Below are positions 46,778-55,857 of a stretch of 63,936 nucleotides of DNA, piece by piece. This DNA comes from an uncultured bacterium (GTDB lineage Bacteria > Ratteibacteria > UBA8468 > B48-G9 > DTJG01), in the NCBI GenBank assembly GCA_964532995.1, contig CAZHJN010000003.1:1-63936 (forward strand). Direction: 5' to 3'. Each line of letters begins with the position of its first letter. Positions within the stretch are counted from its first letter, which is position 1. Both the position numbers and the translations under genes were made by a program. The notes under the pieces are model-generated. The model saw only the letters and a list, made by a program, of their open reading frames with translations, did no database searches and was not told where the DNA came from.

Positions 46778-47071
46778 TTATTCTCCAAGAGGATAAAAAT
46801 TTATGTTCTCTCTTATTACAACAATGTTTCCATCCTCTTCAAGGATCCTGCGGATAGAAAGAAAAACAGCCTCTGCCTTACAGACCTCTGAATCAACACA
46901 GGCAACACCCATCAAACTCCTCTGCCATTTATCATGATAATCAAGTTCAGCAATTGAAACATTAAAACGTTTCCTGGATTTTGTAAGTACAGACTGCAAT
47001 ACATTTCTCTTATCTTTCAGATTCTGTGCATTGGGTATATGTAATTCAATTTTCCATACGCCAACCACCAT
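46778..47071 (-). CDS. DUF503 (YlxP-like) family protein
   Basis: 97 aa. The VGVWKIELHIPNAQNLKDKRNVLQSV pattern is typical of DUF503. It abuts the valS start. Confidence 0.7.
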   Translation of the reverse strand: MVVGVWKIELHIPNAQNLKDKRNVLQSVLTKSRKRFNVSIAELDYHDKWQRSLMGVACVDSEVCKAEAVFLSIRRILEEDGNIVVIRENINFYPLGE

Positions 47072-47138
47072 TTTTTCCTCCGGGAATTTTGATGAAGCAA
47101 TATCCAGATAAACTTTCGAAAAACTGAATTCCGTATAA

Positions 47139-48299
47139 CTAATTATTATAACCTATTTTATTTCTTAATCCCAGTGCAGCTTTTATTGTCTCTTCTATCA
47201 CATTTTTTACTGGGATTTTCTTTTCATTCGCAATTTTTTTGCAACTTTCATATTCCGGCATCACATTTACAATCTCACCTGAAAAATAACCAAACTTCAC
47301 TTCTATATCACCGTATATGGTCCTGACTTTTTTTACAGATCTTTTAAGAATAATTCTTTCTTCTTCCCTGTACCTGATACCAAGTGTGGTGGATTCTTTG
47401 AATAATAGTTCAATAATTACAGATTTCACCAGTGGCGGACAGAGAATCCTTATCCAGAATAAAGGACGAGATTTTTTTGTAAAACCGGTAAAATAGCTAA
47501 CCTCAAGTGCTCCTGACTTATATAATTTCTCAATAAGATGCTCAAAAATCACCGGGTTAATGTCATCCAGGGATGTTTCTATTACACACACCCTGTCCTT
47601 CAGGATCATAAATTCTCTTCCATAAATAAACTGAAGTGTATCAGGAAATCCTGCATTTAAAGTACCGGCACCATATGAGTAACCTTCAACAATTAATTCG
47701 GGAGAATCATCAAAAGATTGGATTATTGCCTTTATAATCGCCATTCCCGTTGGTGTTGTTATTTCTAAAGGAATGTTTCTTATAATAACCGGTATTCCAA
47801 AAATCATCTCCATGGTTGCAGGTGCAGCACCCGATATCCCCACAGGTGTGGCAATTATTTTTTTTATACCGAGATATTCAAGAGCAAGTATGGAAAATGA
47901 TACCTCAACAAGCGCATCAGTCTGACCTACAGCGTGAAAATGCAGATCATTCAAATTTTTTTCGTGGATCTTACTTTCTGCATCAGCAAGAATGTTAAAT
48001 ACATGAATAATTTTGTTACTGATTCTTTCTGGCAATTTACTTCTTTTAAAAATTGAGACAATATCCGAATAGGATCTTTCGTCCTCTTTACCATTAACAT
48101 GAACAATAAATTGATTGGCTTTAAGCCCGTGAAAAAATTCTGCAGCTCTGATAACTTTTTTTATTTCTATTTCATATTTTGTGGGAAAATCAACTTTTTT
48201 CAACTGTCTACCAATCTCAGCTGTATCAACACAACCTGCAAGAGCCGCACATATCATATCCCCGGCGCATCCATTTCTTAAATCGAAAAAACCTATCAT
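47139..48299 (-). CDS. larC: LarC-family nickel insertion protein (DUF111)
   Basis: N-terminal GCAGDMICAAL motif, HFHAVGQTDALVEV and a C-terminal ferredoxin-like domain; 386 aa. Confidence 0.8.
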   Translation of the reverse strand: MIGFFDLRNGCAGDMICAALAGCVDTAEIGRQLKKVDFPTKYEIEIKKVIRAAEFFHGLKANQFIVHVNGKEDERSYSDIVSIFKRSKLPERISNKIIHVFNILADAESKIHEKNLNDLHFHAVGQTDALVEVSFSILALEYLGIKKIIATPVGISGAAPATMEMIFGIPVIIRNIPLEITTPTGMAIIKAIIQSFDDSPELIVEGYSYGAGTLNAGFPDTLQFIYGREFMILKDRVCVIETSLDDINPVIFEHLIEKLYKSGALEVSYFTGFTKKSRPLFWIRILCPPLVKSVIIELLFKESTTLGIRYREEERIILKRSVKKVRTIYGDIEVKFGYFSGEIVNVMPEYESCKKIANEKKIPVKNVIEETIKAALGLRNKIGYNN

Positions 48300-48304
48300 A
48301 GCGA

Positions 48305-48592
48305 TTATTTCTGTTCCTGATAAATCTGTGCGATGGAATTCTTTATAAAATCAATTTTAATACCGCTTCCAACATTAAGTGTTACGATCTTTCCTTTGAT
48401 TTCTTCCACAGTGGCTATGAGACCTCCTATGGTTATAACACGGTCTCCTTTTTTCAGATTATCAAGCATTTCTCTGCGCTGTTTTTCTTTTCTCTGCTGT
48501 GGGAGAATCAAAAGGAAATAAAAAATCAAAAAAATAATCAGAAGTGGAAGAATCGCCTGAAACAAAGAACCGCCCTGAGCGCTACCTGGCAT
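48305..48592 (-). CDS. yajC: Preprotein translocase subunit YajC
   Basis: The track ORF is trimmed to ATG 48592 (GGAG Shine-Dalgarno). It has a single TM, then LKKGDRVITIGGLIATVEEI, the YajC signature. It follows tgt as in the classical queA-tgt-yajC order. Confidence 0.8.
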   Translation of the reverse strand: MPGSAQGGSLFQAILPLLIIFLIFYFLLILPQQRKEKQRREMLDNLKKGDRVITIGGLIATVEEIKGKIVTLNVGSGIKIDFIKNSIAQIYQEQK

Positions 48593-49694
48593 TTTTCTCC
48601 TTTCGTTTATATTTTTGCAAAAAATTTTTCTTGAATTTTTCAAAAGTTCCATCTTTGATATTTTCTCTTATTTTTTCCATAAGCTTTGCCATAAAATAAA
48701 GATTATGGTATGAATTAAGTCGCATACCAAGCATTTCTTTAGCATTAAAAAGATGTCTGAGATATGACCTGCTATAAGTTCTGCAAACAAAACAATCACA
48801 ATCAGGATCAAGAGGTCCCCGGTCGTCCTTGAATAAAGCTGCTTTTATATTAAACTTTCCCGACCAGCTTATTGTGGTTCCGTTTCTTGCAATTCTTGTT
48901 GGCATCGCACAATCAAAGAAATCCACGCCAAGCGCAACAGCTTCAACAATCTGATCAGGCATACCGACTCCCATCAAATACATTATTTTCTTACCTGACA
49001 TTCTGCATAAGGAATCAACAACCTCAAGGCTCTTTTCCCATGGCTCACCAATACTCAGTCCTCCTATTCCATAACCAGGAAAAGATAATCTCTCAAGCTG
49101 CTCAAAACAATATTTTCTCAAACCTGTATCAGTCCCTCCCTGAACAATACCCCACAACTGTTGAGCCATATTTGAATGTCTTAACTGACATCTTTTAGCC
49201 CATGAAATTGTTCTTTGGACACTCAATTTTATTTCCTGTACATTATCCCAGATTTTTGGACAATAATCAAGACACATGATTACGTCTGCACCTATTTTGT
49301 TTTCAATTTCAATGATTTCTTCGGGTGTAAAATAATGAGTGGACCCACTTTCAGGAAATTTCAGGATAATACCATCCTGGTCTGCTTTTGAGCCGGGCAA
49401 GCTGAACATCTGAAAACCACCGCTATCAGTAATAGCCATCTTTTCCCATTTCATAAAGCTGTGAATACCTTTTGATTTTGATAAAATCTCCACACCCGGA
49501 CGCAGGAAAAGATGGTAAGCATTAAGTATTATCGCATCAAAACCCATTTCATTTAATTCATCGGATGTCAGCAGCTTTACGCTTGCAGCTGTTGCCACAG
49601 GCATAAAACAAGGTGTTTTCACCTCACCGTGTGGAGAGACAAAAATACCGGTCCTTGCAAAATTATCGGATTCAGTAATAGAGAATGAAAACAT
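48582..49694 (-). CDS. tgt: Queuine tRNA-ribosyltransferase
   Basis: TPCFMPV, DSGGFQ, GLSIGE and the Zn site CDCFVC...H; 370 aa. Confidence 0.9.
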   Translation of the reverse strand: MFSFSITESDNFARTGIFVSPHGEVKTPCFMPVATAASVKLLTSDELNEMGFDAIILNAYHLFLRPGVEILSKSKGIHSFMKWEKMAITDSGGFQMFSLPGSKADQDGIILKFPESGSTHYFTPEEIIEIENKIGADVIMCLDYCPKIWDNVQEIKLSVQRTISWAKRCQLRHSNMAQQLWGIVQGGTDTGLRKYCFEQLERLSFPGYGIGGLSIGEPWEKSLEVVDSLCRMSGKKIMYLMGVGMPDQIVEAVALGVDFFDCAMPTRIARNGTTISWSGKFNIKAALFKDDRGPLDPDCDCFVCRTYSRSYLRHLFNAKEMLGMRLNSYHNLYFMAKLMEKIRENIKDGTFEKFKKNFLQKYKRKEKNAR

Positions 49695-49724
49695 TTGGAT
49701 ATTATTTTAACATGTAAGCAGTTT

Positions 49725-50723
49725 TCACCGAATAATCAGCATTGCATCCCCATAAGAATAAAATCTATAGTCGTTTTCCAATGCTGACAGATAAGCCTTT
49801 TCTATTAATTCTGTTCCACCAAAGGCACACACCATGTAAAGATGAGTGGATCCCGGTAGATGAAAATTTGTAATCATCATGTTAATACAATTAAATTTAT
49901 AACCCGGTTTTATGAAAAGATCTGTCAATTCTTTTTTGGGAACAACCCTGCCATTTTCAAAGGCACTTTCAATTGCCCTTGTGGTACTTGTCCCAACACT
50001 GCAAATATTGTTCCTTGATTTCAGAGCAGTATTAATAACTTCTGCTGTATTTTGGGGCACATCAAAAAATTCCGGAGGAACTCTGTTTTCATTTTGCCTC
50101 AGTATCCGAAAAGAGGCCCATCCTATATGAAGTGTCAGAAAAGCAATGGTCACACCTTCCCTCTTCAATTTTTGCAGAAGGTTTTCAGTAAAATGAAGTC
50201 CAGCAGTGGGCGCTGCAACTGAACCATATTTTTTTGCATAAACAGTCTGGTAATCAAAATTATCTCTGGCATCAGATAATCTTTTCATATATGGTGGTAT
50301 CGGCATCTTACCCATATTGAATAGTATATGATCTGATGCACCAAAATTTACTGCCCAGGAACCATCTGCATTTTTTCCAATCACAACCGCCGAAATCTTA
50401 TCAAAAATCAATATGGTTTTATCCTTAACCCTTCCACGAATAAGTGTATCCCAGATTCCCTCCTCTTTTTTTTTCAAAAGCAACACCTCAACCGCACCGC
50501 CTGAAGTTTTTTTTCCATATAACCTGGCGGGAATGACTTTTGTGTTATTAAGAAGCAATACATCCTTCTCGGAAAAAAAACCCACAATATCCTTAAACCT
50601 CATATGCTGAATATCACCCTTTGAACAATCCACAAGCATAAGTTTTGCATCCTCACGATTCTCAAGGGGACGAATGGCAATTCTTTCCGGTGGAACTGTA
50701 TAATGGAAAACTTCTCTTTTCAT
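49725..50723 (-). CDS. queA: S-adenosylmethionine:tRNA ribosyltransferase-isomerase
   Basis: PPERIA, GSVAAPTAGLHFT, VGTSTTRAIES and NFHLPGST motifs; 332 aa. Confidence 0.9.
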   Translation of the reverse strand: MKREVFHYTVPPERIAIRPLENREDAKLMLVDCSKGDIQHMRFKDIVGFFSEKDVLLLNNTKVIPARLYGKKTSGGAVEVLLLKKKEEGIWDTLIRGRVKDKTILIFDKISAVVIGKNADGSWAVNFGASDHILFNMGKMPIPPYMKRLSDARDNFDYQTVYAKKYGSVAAPTAGLHFTENLLQKLKREGVTIAFLTLHIGWASFRILRQNENRVPPEFFDVPQNTAEVINTALKSRNNICSVGTSTTRAIESAFENGRVVPKKELTDLFIKPGYKFNCINMMITNFHLPGSTHLYMVCAFGGTELIEKAYLSALENDYRFYSYGDAMLIIR

Positions 50724-52390
50724 GATTTTTGGAAAAGTAAAATTCTGGGATGGGTATAAAGCATATCATGGATGGTCCATTTTTCATCAAAATATATAGG
50801 ACCAAAATGGGCATAGACTGTAAATACTTTTTCAAGTATAAATCCTTTTTTTGGGATCAACTCTATTTTTTGGGCCATCTCACGGTTTCTGTTTCCTGAT
50901 GTGAGAAAATACTGCAATTCACCAATAATCAAATAGCTTCCAGAAGGAACCATTTCAAGATCTTCCTCAGGAATTACATATATTGAATATTTCAATGGAT
51001 TCACCGGAGGTACCTCAAATATCCATGGGTCCTTTGTAAAAACAATTCGGGTATGTTGCGGTATATTATCATCCACATATTCTGCCGCAATAAGCCTGAT
51101 ATCTTTTCTCGTCATCAGAGATGAATATGCTGATGATTTAATTGAAGGACCTATTAACAAAAACAATGACAGTAAAATAGCACAGTAACGAATGTATTTA
51201 TATTTGATTTTAAAAAAATCATCGAATAAAGAACCCGCACTCAAACATAAGAAGGGAAGCAAAGGCAAATAATACCTTGTGTATTTAAAACCACCGGTTA
51301 TCATCAAAGGCGCCATAGATAAAACAATACAGGTAAGAATTAATCTGTCTGACAGATTTCTTCTTCTTGCCTGTACAAAAATTCCAGGTATAAAAAAAAC
51401 CACCATTAGAAAAATACCGACCCATAATGATGATAAAAGTTCATAAGGGAAAGATAGAAGATTTGAAAAAACCCCTGCGCCTATACCTCTGGCACCCGCC
51501 TGATAGAAGATGTCTCTTTTAAATTCGTGAAAAGAAACCAGGGAATACGGTGTTGTAATAAAAAATCCTGCGAAGAAAATCAAAAAGGAAACGATTGTCA
51601 TCCTTAAAAATCTGGAAAAAGAATCATTAAAAACATTTCTGTAAACAAATGGCAAAATAAATATTATAATTCCCACAGGATATTTTGTTCCGGATGCAAT
51701 CCCAGCAAACAAAGCAGACAAAAAAGACAAATAAATTTTTCTTTTCTGGAGAAAAAATACAGCAAAATAAAATGAAACAATCATCCAGAAAACCGCAGGA
51801 ATATCAACTGTCATATAATGGCTGTTGATCACATAAAGTGGAGAAAAAGCAAAAGCAGCTAATGCAAACAGAGAACCATTTTTGCCGCACAGCACTTTTC
51901 CGATAGATAAAAATACAATAAGTCCCAGGGTTGCTATTATAACAGTTAAGATCCTTCCGGCAAGATATATTTTTGCCATTTCCTCTGGCGATTCATAATA
52001 ATAACTGATATCAGATGTAAGATTAATAATCCCTGATATTGAAAGAACCTTCAGTGTTATTGCCACAAGATATATCTGAGCAGACGGATATTCAAAATAA
52101 TGAGGATTGAAATCAAATTTCTCCACATTCATTGCAGCTATACTTTTAAGAATGATCTGCTCATCTGGATGAAAAGATCTGATAGGGTTAAAAATTGAGC
52201 GCGGTAATTTTTCATGTTGGCGGTCTTTTGAAATCTGCCAGGAACTTTTAACATATTCATCTGAAACCTCAATCTGTTGCGGTAAAAACATTGATATACT
52301 TGCATCAGGAAGCCCCCATTTTATACCTGTAATATAGAGGATAAATGCAAACAAAATTATCATTGTTGATAGGAAGAAGTGCTTTTTCAT
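50720..52390 (-). CDS. GT-C fold membrane glycosyltransferase A (PMT_2/ArnT-like, polyprenyl-phosphate-sugar dependent)
   Basis: About 13 TM helices with an acidic first-loop motif (SFHPDEQ) and a C-terminal soluble domain. The start is trimmed to ATG 52390 (MKKHFF; ATGA overlap with the upstream GT2 stop). Confidence 0.7.
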   Translation of the reverse strand: MKKHFFLSTMIILFAFILYITGIKWGLPDASISMFLPQQIEVSDEYVKSSWQISKDRQHEKLPRSIFNPIRSFHPDEQIILKSIAAMNVEKFDFNPHYFEYPSAQIYLVAITLKVLSISGIINLTSDISYYYESPEEMAKIYLAGRILTVIIATLGLIVFLSIGKVLCGKNGSLFALAAFAFSPLYVINSHYMTVDIPAVFWMIVSFYFAVFFLQKRKIYLSFLSALFAGIASGTKYPVGIIIFILPFVYRNVFNDSFSRFLRMTIVSFLIFFAGFFITTPYSLVSFHEFKRDIFYQAGARGIGAGVFSNLLSFPYELLSSLWVGIFLMVVFFIPGIFVQARRRNLSDRLILTCIVLSMAPLMITGGFKYTRYYLPLLPFLCLSAGSLFDDFFKIKYKYIRYCAILLSLFLLIGPSIKSSAYSSLMTRKDIRLIAAEYVDDNIPQHTRIVFTKDPWIFEVPPVNPLKYSIYVIPEEDLEMVPSGSYLIIGELQYFLTSGNRNREMAQKIELIPKKGFILEKVFTVYAHFGPIYFDEKWTIHDMLYTHPRILLFQKS

Positions 52391-53100
52391 TTTCCAGCCC
52401 TGATTTTTATAAGGTCCAAAAAGCATTTTGAGGAATCCCTGAAAAAACGAACGGTTGTGCTTGGATCATTAGCCCATATCACACCCACTTCTTTAATCCT
52501 GTATTCAGCCAGATAAGCCTTGTAAATTACCTCGACATCAAAACTGAAACCCTTATGATTAAGTGAAGCAAAAAGTTTCTTTGCAATTTCCCTCTTAAAC
52601 AATTTGAAACCGCACTGGGTATCTGAAAAAGGCATTCCAAGAATGATCCTGACAAGAGCCTGAAAAACTCTTCCGGATACTCTTCTATGAAATGGTTGCT
52701 TTTTCGTTATCAAAGAATCTCTTGTTCTTCTTGATCCAATAACAATGTCGTATCCTTGCTGAACAAGCGGCAGAAATTTTTCTATTTCTGATACAGGCGT
52801 GGACAGATCTGCATCTGAAAACAAAATCAGCTCGCCGGTTGAAGCCATAACACCCTGACGAACAGCTTCGCCCTTTCCCATATTTTTCTCGTAAGAAACA
52901 AGCTTTACACATGGTTGCTTTTCTGCAATTTCAGCCACAATTTCTGCGGTTCTATCAGAGCTTCCGTCATTAACAACAATAATTTCAAAAGTAAGACCCT
53001 TTTTTTTTATTAAAAAATTCTGTATCTCGGCAACAGTTCTCTCTATATTTTTTTCTTCATTATAAGCAGGAATTACCACAGACAAATTCAACCTATCCAT
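52387..53100 (-). CDS. GT2 glycosyltransferase, Dpm1/ArnC/ALG5-like polyprenyl-phosphate sugar synthase type
   Basis: VVIPAYNEEKNI, VNDGSSDRT, SDADLS (DxD) and QCGFKLF motifs. 237 aa, no TM segment. Confidence 0.8.
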   Translation of the reverse strand: MDRLNLSVVIPAYNEEKNIERTVAEIQNFLIKKKGLTFEIIVVNDGSSDRTAEIVAEIAEKQPCVKLVSYEKNMGKGEAVRQGVMASTGELILFSDADLSTPVSEIEKFLPLVQQGYDIVIGSRRTRDSLITKKQPFHRRVSGRVFQALVRIILGMPFSDTQCGFKLFKREIAKKLFASLNHKGFSFDVEVIYKAYLAEYRIKEVGVIWANDPSTTVRFFRDSSKCFLDLIKIRAGK

Positions 53101-53798
53101 TTTTTAACCAGTGTCCTGAAATAAAGTTTTACATACGGCAGAGTTTTTAAAATTCGGAATTTTGATTTACCTTTTTTTCTACCCAGCCATACTGTTGGAA
53201 CATCACATATTCTATAACCTGAAAAATAAAAATTCAATGCTGCCTCCATGGAAACAGCAAAACCCTTTTCCCTGAGATTTATCTTCTGGAGCAATTCACG
53301 CCTGTATAATTTAAAAGCATTGGAGATATCCCTTGTCGGTATACCGGCAATATAATAAAGAGAAAGACAAACAAACTTTGAAAAAAAATTCTGAAACAAA
53401 GGTCCACCAATCTTTGCTCCACCTTTCATATAACGACAGCCACAGACTAAATCATATCCTGAATTTGCTTTTTCAAGCATAATATTGATGGTTTTTGGTT
53501 CATCGCATCCATCAGCCATCACAAAAAGTATAAATTCGCCTGTTGCGTTTCTGAAACCAGTCATCAATGCATTTGCAAAACCAGGCTCATCGGTATTTTT
53601 AACAAGTCTTATTTCACAAAATTGACATTTTATATTTTGAACAAGTTCCGCAGTATGATCTGTGGAATGGTCATCAACCACAATGATTTCTGTATCTGAA
53701 CGGTCTACATGCTTTAACAAACTTGCAATAGTTGAAACTATGTTTTCCTCTTCATTTCTTGCCGGGATAACTATACTTAAAAATTTTTCACCAGTCAT
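53088..53798 (-). CDS. GT2 glycosyltransferase, Dpm1-like
   Basis: IVIPARNEEENI, VDDHSTDHT and MADGCDE motifs; 236 aa. Confidence 0.8.
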   Translation of the reverse strand: MTGEKFLSIVIPARNEEENIVSTIASLLKHVDRSDTEIIVVDDHSTDHTAELVQNIKCQFCEIRLVKNTDEPGFANALMTGFRNATGEFILFVMADGCDEPKTINIMLEKANSGYDLVCGCRYMKGGAKIGGPLFQNFFSKFVCLSLYYIAGIPTRDISNAFKLYRRELLQKINLREKGFAVSMEAALNFYFSGYRICDVPTVWLGRKKGKSKFRILKTLPYVKLYFRTLVKKWIG

Positions 53799-54922
53799 AC
53801 AAGCTTTTTGTTTTTAAGTTCTTTTAATGCATATGAAAAACCATCTTTTGCATAAGCATTTTTGCTCCACTCAACAAGTTTTAACAGTCCATCCTCCAGG
53901 GATACACATGGTGTAAAACCGAGAAATTTCTTTATTTTTTGGATATCAGCAAAACAATGTCTGACATCTCCTTTTCTGAATCTGTATGTCACCAGTGGAG
54001 ATGGTTTCTTATTCAAAAGACTTATCAAAATCCTTGCTATTTCCAGAATGCTCACAGGTTTTCCTGTTCCAACATTGAAAATCTCATAATTTGCTTTTTC
54101 GTTTTCAAGAGCCAGAACACAGGCCCTGGCAACATCCTGAATCCAGATGAAATCTCTTGTCTGAAAACCATCTTCAAAAATTACAGGGGGTTTGTTGTTT
54201 TTTATCCTGCTGATAAAAATTGCTGTTACTCCTGTGTACGGATTTGAAAGGGACTGATTCGGTCCATAGACATTAAAAAACCTCAAAGAAGAAACGGGTA
54301 TCCCGTATGTCTGACCGATAAGTAAACTCATTTCCTCCTGTTCTTTCTTTGAAATTGCATATATTGAATTGGCATTGAGTGGAGTATTTTCATGCGTGGG
54401 AACAGAAGAAACAGTATTTTTGCAATACGGACATTTTATTTCCCAGTATGAATGTCTTTTTATGACCTTCCCCTCAGACAGTTTTCTCAAATCAGGTTTA
54501 AAAACACCGCAATTTTTGCATTTTGCCAGTCCTTCTCCGTAGCTGCTCATAGAAGCAGCCACAACTATTTTTTTTACCTTATGTTTACTGTTAACAAGAA
54601 TATCAAGAAGATTTGCGGTACCACAAATATTTGTTTCAACATATTTTGAAATCTGATACTGAGATTGTCCGACACCAACAGATGCAGCAAAATGAAAAAT
54701 ATAATCCTGTCCAATGATTGCATCTTTCAATTTAGCGTAATCCCTTACATCTCCTTTAATAAATTTTACCTTCCTGTTTAAATAATCAGGAATCTTTCCA
54801 AAAGGATGAACCTGTGGATCAAGATTATCAAACACAGTAACGCGATAACCTTTTTCAACAAGCACATCACACAAGTTGCTTCCTATAAAACCTGCTCCAC
54901 CTGTAACAAGGATTTTTTTCAT
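53795..54922 (-). CDS. Extended-SDR NAD-dependent sugar epimerase/dehydratase with internal CxxC...CxxC insertion
   Basis: VTGGAGFIGSNL Rossmann motif, catalytic Ser region AASMSSYGE and YAISK (Tyr-x3-Lys). An insertion of about 40 aa separates them and contains CKNC (aa 135-138) and CPYC (aa 164-167). Confidence 0.75.
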   Translation of the reverse strand: MKKILVTGGAGFIGSNLCDVLVEKGYRVTVFDNLDPQVHPFGKIPDYLNRKVKFIKGDVRDYAKLKDAIIGQDYIFHFAASVGVGQSQYQISKYVETNICGTANLLDILVNSKHKVKKIVVAASMSSYGEGLAKCKNCGVFKPDLRKLSEGKVIKRHSYWEIKCPYCKNTVSSVPTHENTPLNANSIYAISKKEQEEMSLLIGQTYGIPVSSLRFFNVYGPNQSLSNPYTGVTAIFISRIKNNKPPVIFEDGFQTRDFIWIQDVARACVLALENEKANYEIFNVGTGKPVSILEIARILISLLNKKPSPLVTYRFRKGDVRHCFADIQKIKKFLGFTPCVSLEDGLLKLVEWSKNAYAKDGFSYALKELKNKKLV

Positions 54923-55857
54923 TTTTTCTTTTTCAGATAACTGTCAAGTGTTTTTCTTAAACCATCTTCAAGATTTATCGAGGGTGTCCAGCCAAGAAGC
55001 TTTTTTGCAAGACTGATATCCGGTCTTCTTTTTCTTGGGTCATCAGGAACAGGTGGAAGAAATTCAAAAGCAAGATTCAATCCTGTGATCTGATTGATCT
55101 TTTTTGCCAGTTCAATTATCGTAAATTCACCCGGATTACCAATATTAACAGGCATATGATAGTCTGTCTCCACAAGAAGTAAAAGACCCCTTATAAGGTC
55201 ATCAACATAACAGAAACTTCTTGTCTGATTTCCATCACCAAATATTGTTAATGGTTTTTTCGAAATCACCTGCGAAATAAAATTTGGTATTACCCTTCCA
55301 TCGTCAAGCCTCATCCTGGGGCCATATGTATTAAAAATTCTTGGCAGATAAGTCTTTATCTTATAAAGCCTGTGATAAGCCATAACAAGAGCCTCAGCAT
55401 ATCTTTTACCTTCATCGTACATTGATCTTGGTCCTATTGGATTAACATTTCCCCAGTAATCTTCTTTCTGAGGACTTTCAAGAGGGTCTCCATACACCTC
55501 AGATGTCGAAGTGAAGAGAAATTTTGCTTTAAGCTTCACCGCAAGATTTAAACATTTTTCTGTACCCGTTGAATTTACCCTCAATGTCTCAACAGGAAAT
55601 TTAACATAGTCTTTTGGAGAAGCAGGACTTGCAAGATGAAAAATAATCTCTGGATAAAAAGGCAATTTTTCAATATCAAAAGTAATAATGTCTGCTTCTA
55701 TGAAATGAAAATTTTCTTTATCGAGAAGATGTCTAATATTTTCTCTGGATCCTGTTAAAAAATTATCCATACATATTACACTGTCTCCCCTTTTTATCAA
55801 AGCGTCGCAAAGATGACTTCCAAGAAATCCTGCTCCGCCTGTAACAAAAGTTTTCAT
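54919..55857 (-). CDS. uxs: UDP-glucuronate decarboxylase (UDP-xylose synthase)
   Basis: VTGGAGFLGSHLCD, TSTSEVYGDP and the UXS-specific YWGNVNPIGPRSMYDEGKRYAE; 312 aa. Confidence 0.85.
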   Translation of the reverse strand: MKTFVTGGAGFLGSHLCDALIKRGDSVICMDNFLTGSRENIRHLLDKENFHFIEADIITFDIEKLPFYPEIIFHLASPASPKDYVKFPVETLRVNSTGTEKCLNLAVKLKAKFLFTSTSEVYGDPLESPQKEDYWGNVNPIGPRSMYDEGKRYAEALVMAYHRLYKIKTYLPRIFNTYGPRMRLDDGRVIPNFISQVISKKPLTIFGDGNQTRSFCYVDDLIRGLLLLVETDYHMPVNIGNPGEFTIIELAKKINQITGLNLAFEFLPPVPDDPRKRRPDISLAKKLLGWTPSINLEDGLRKTLDSYLKKKK

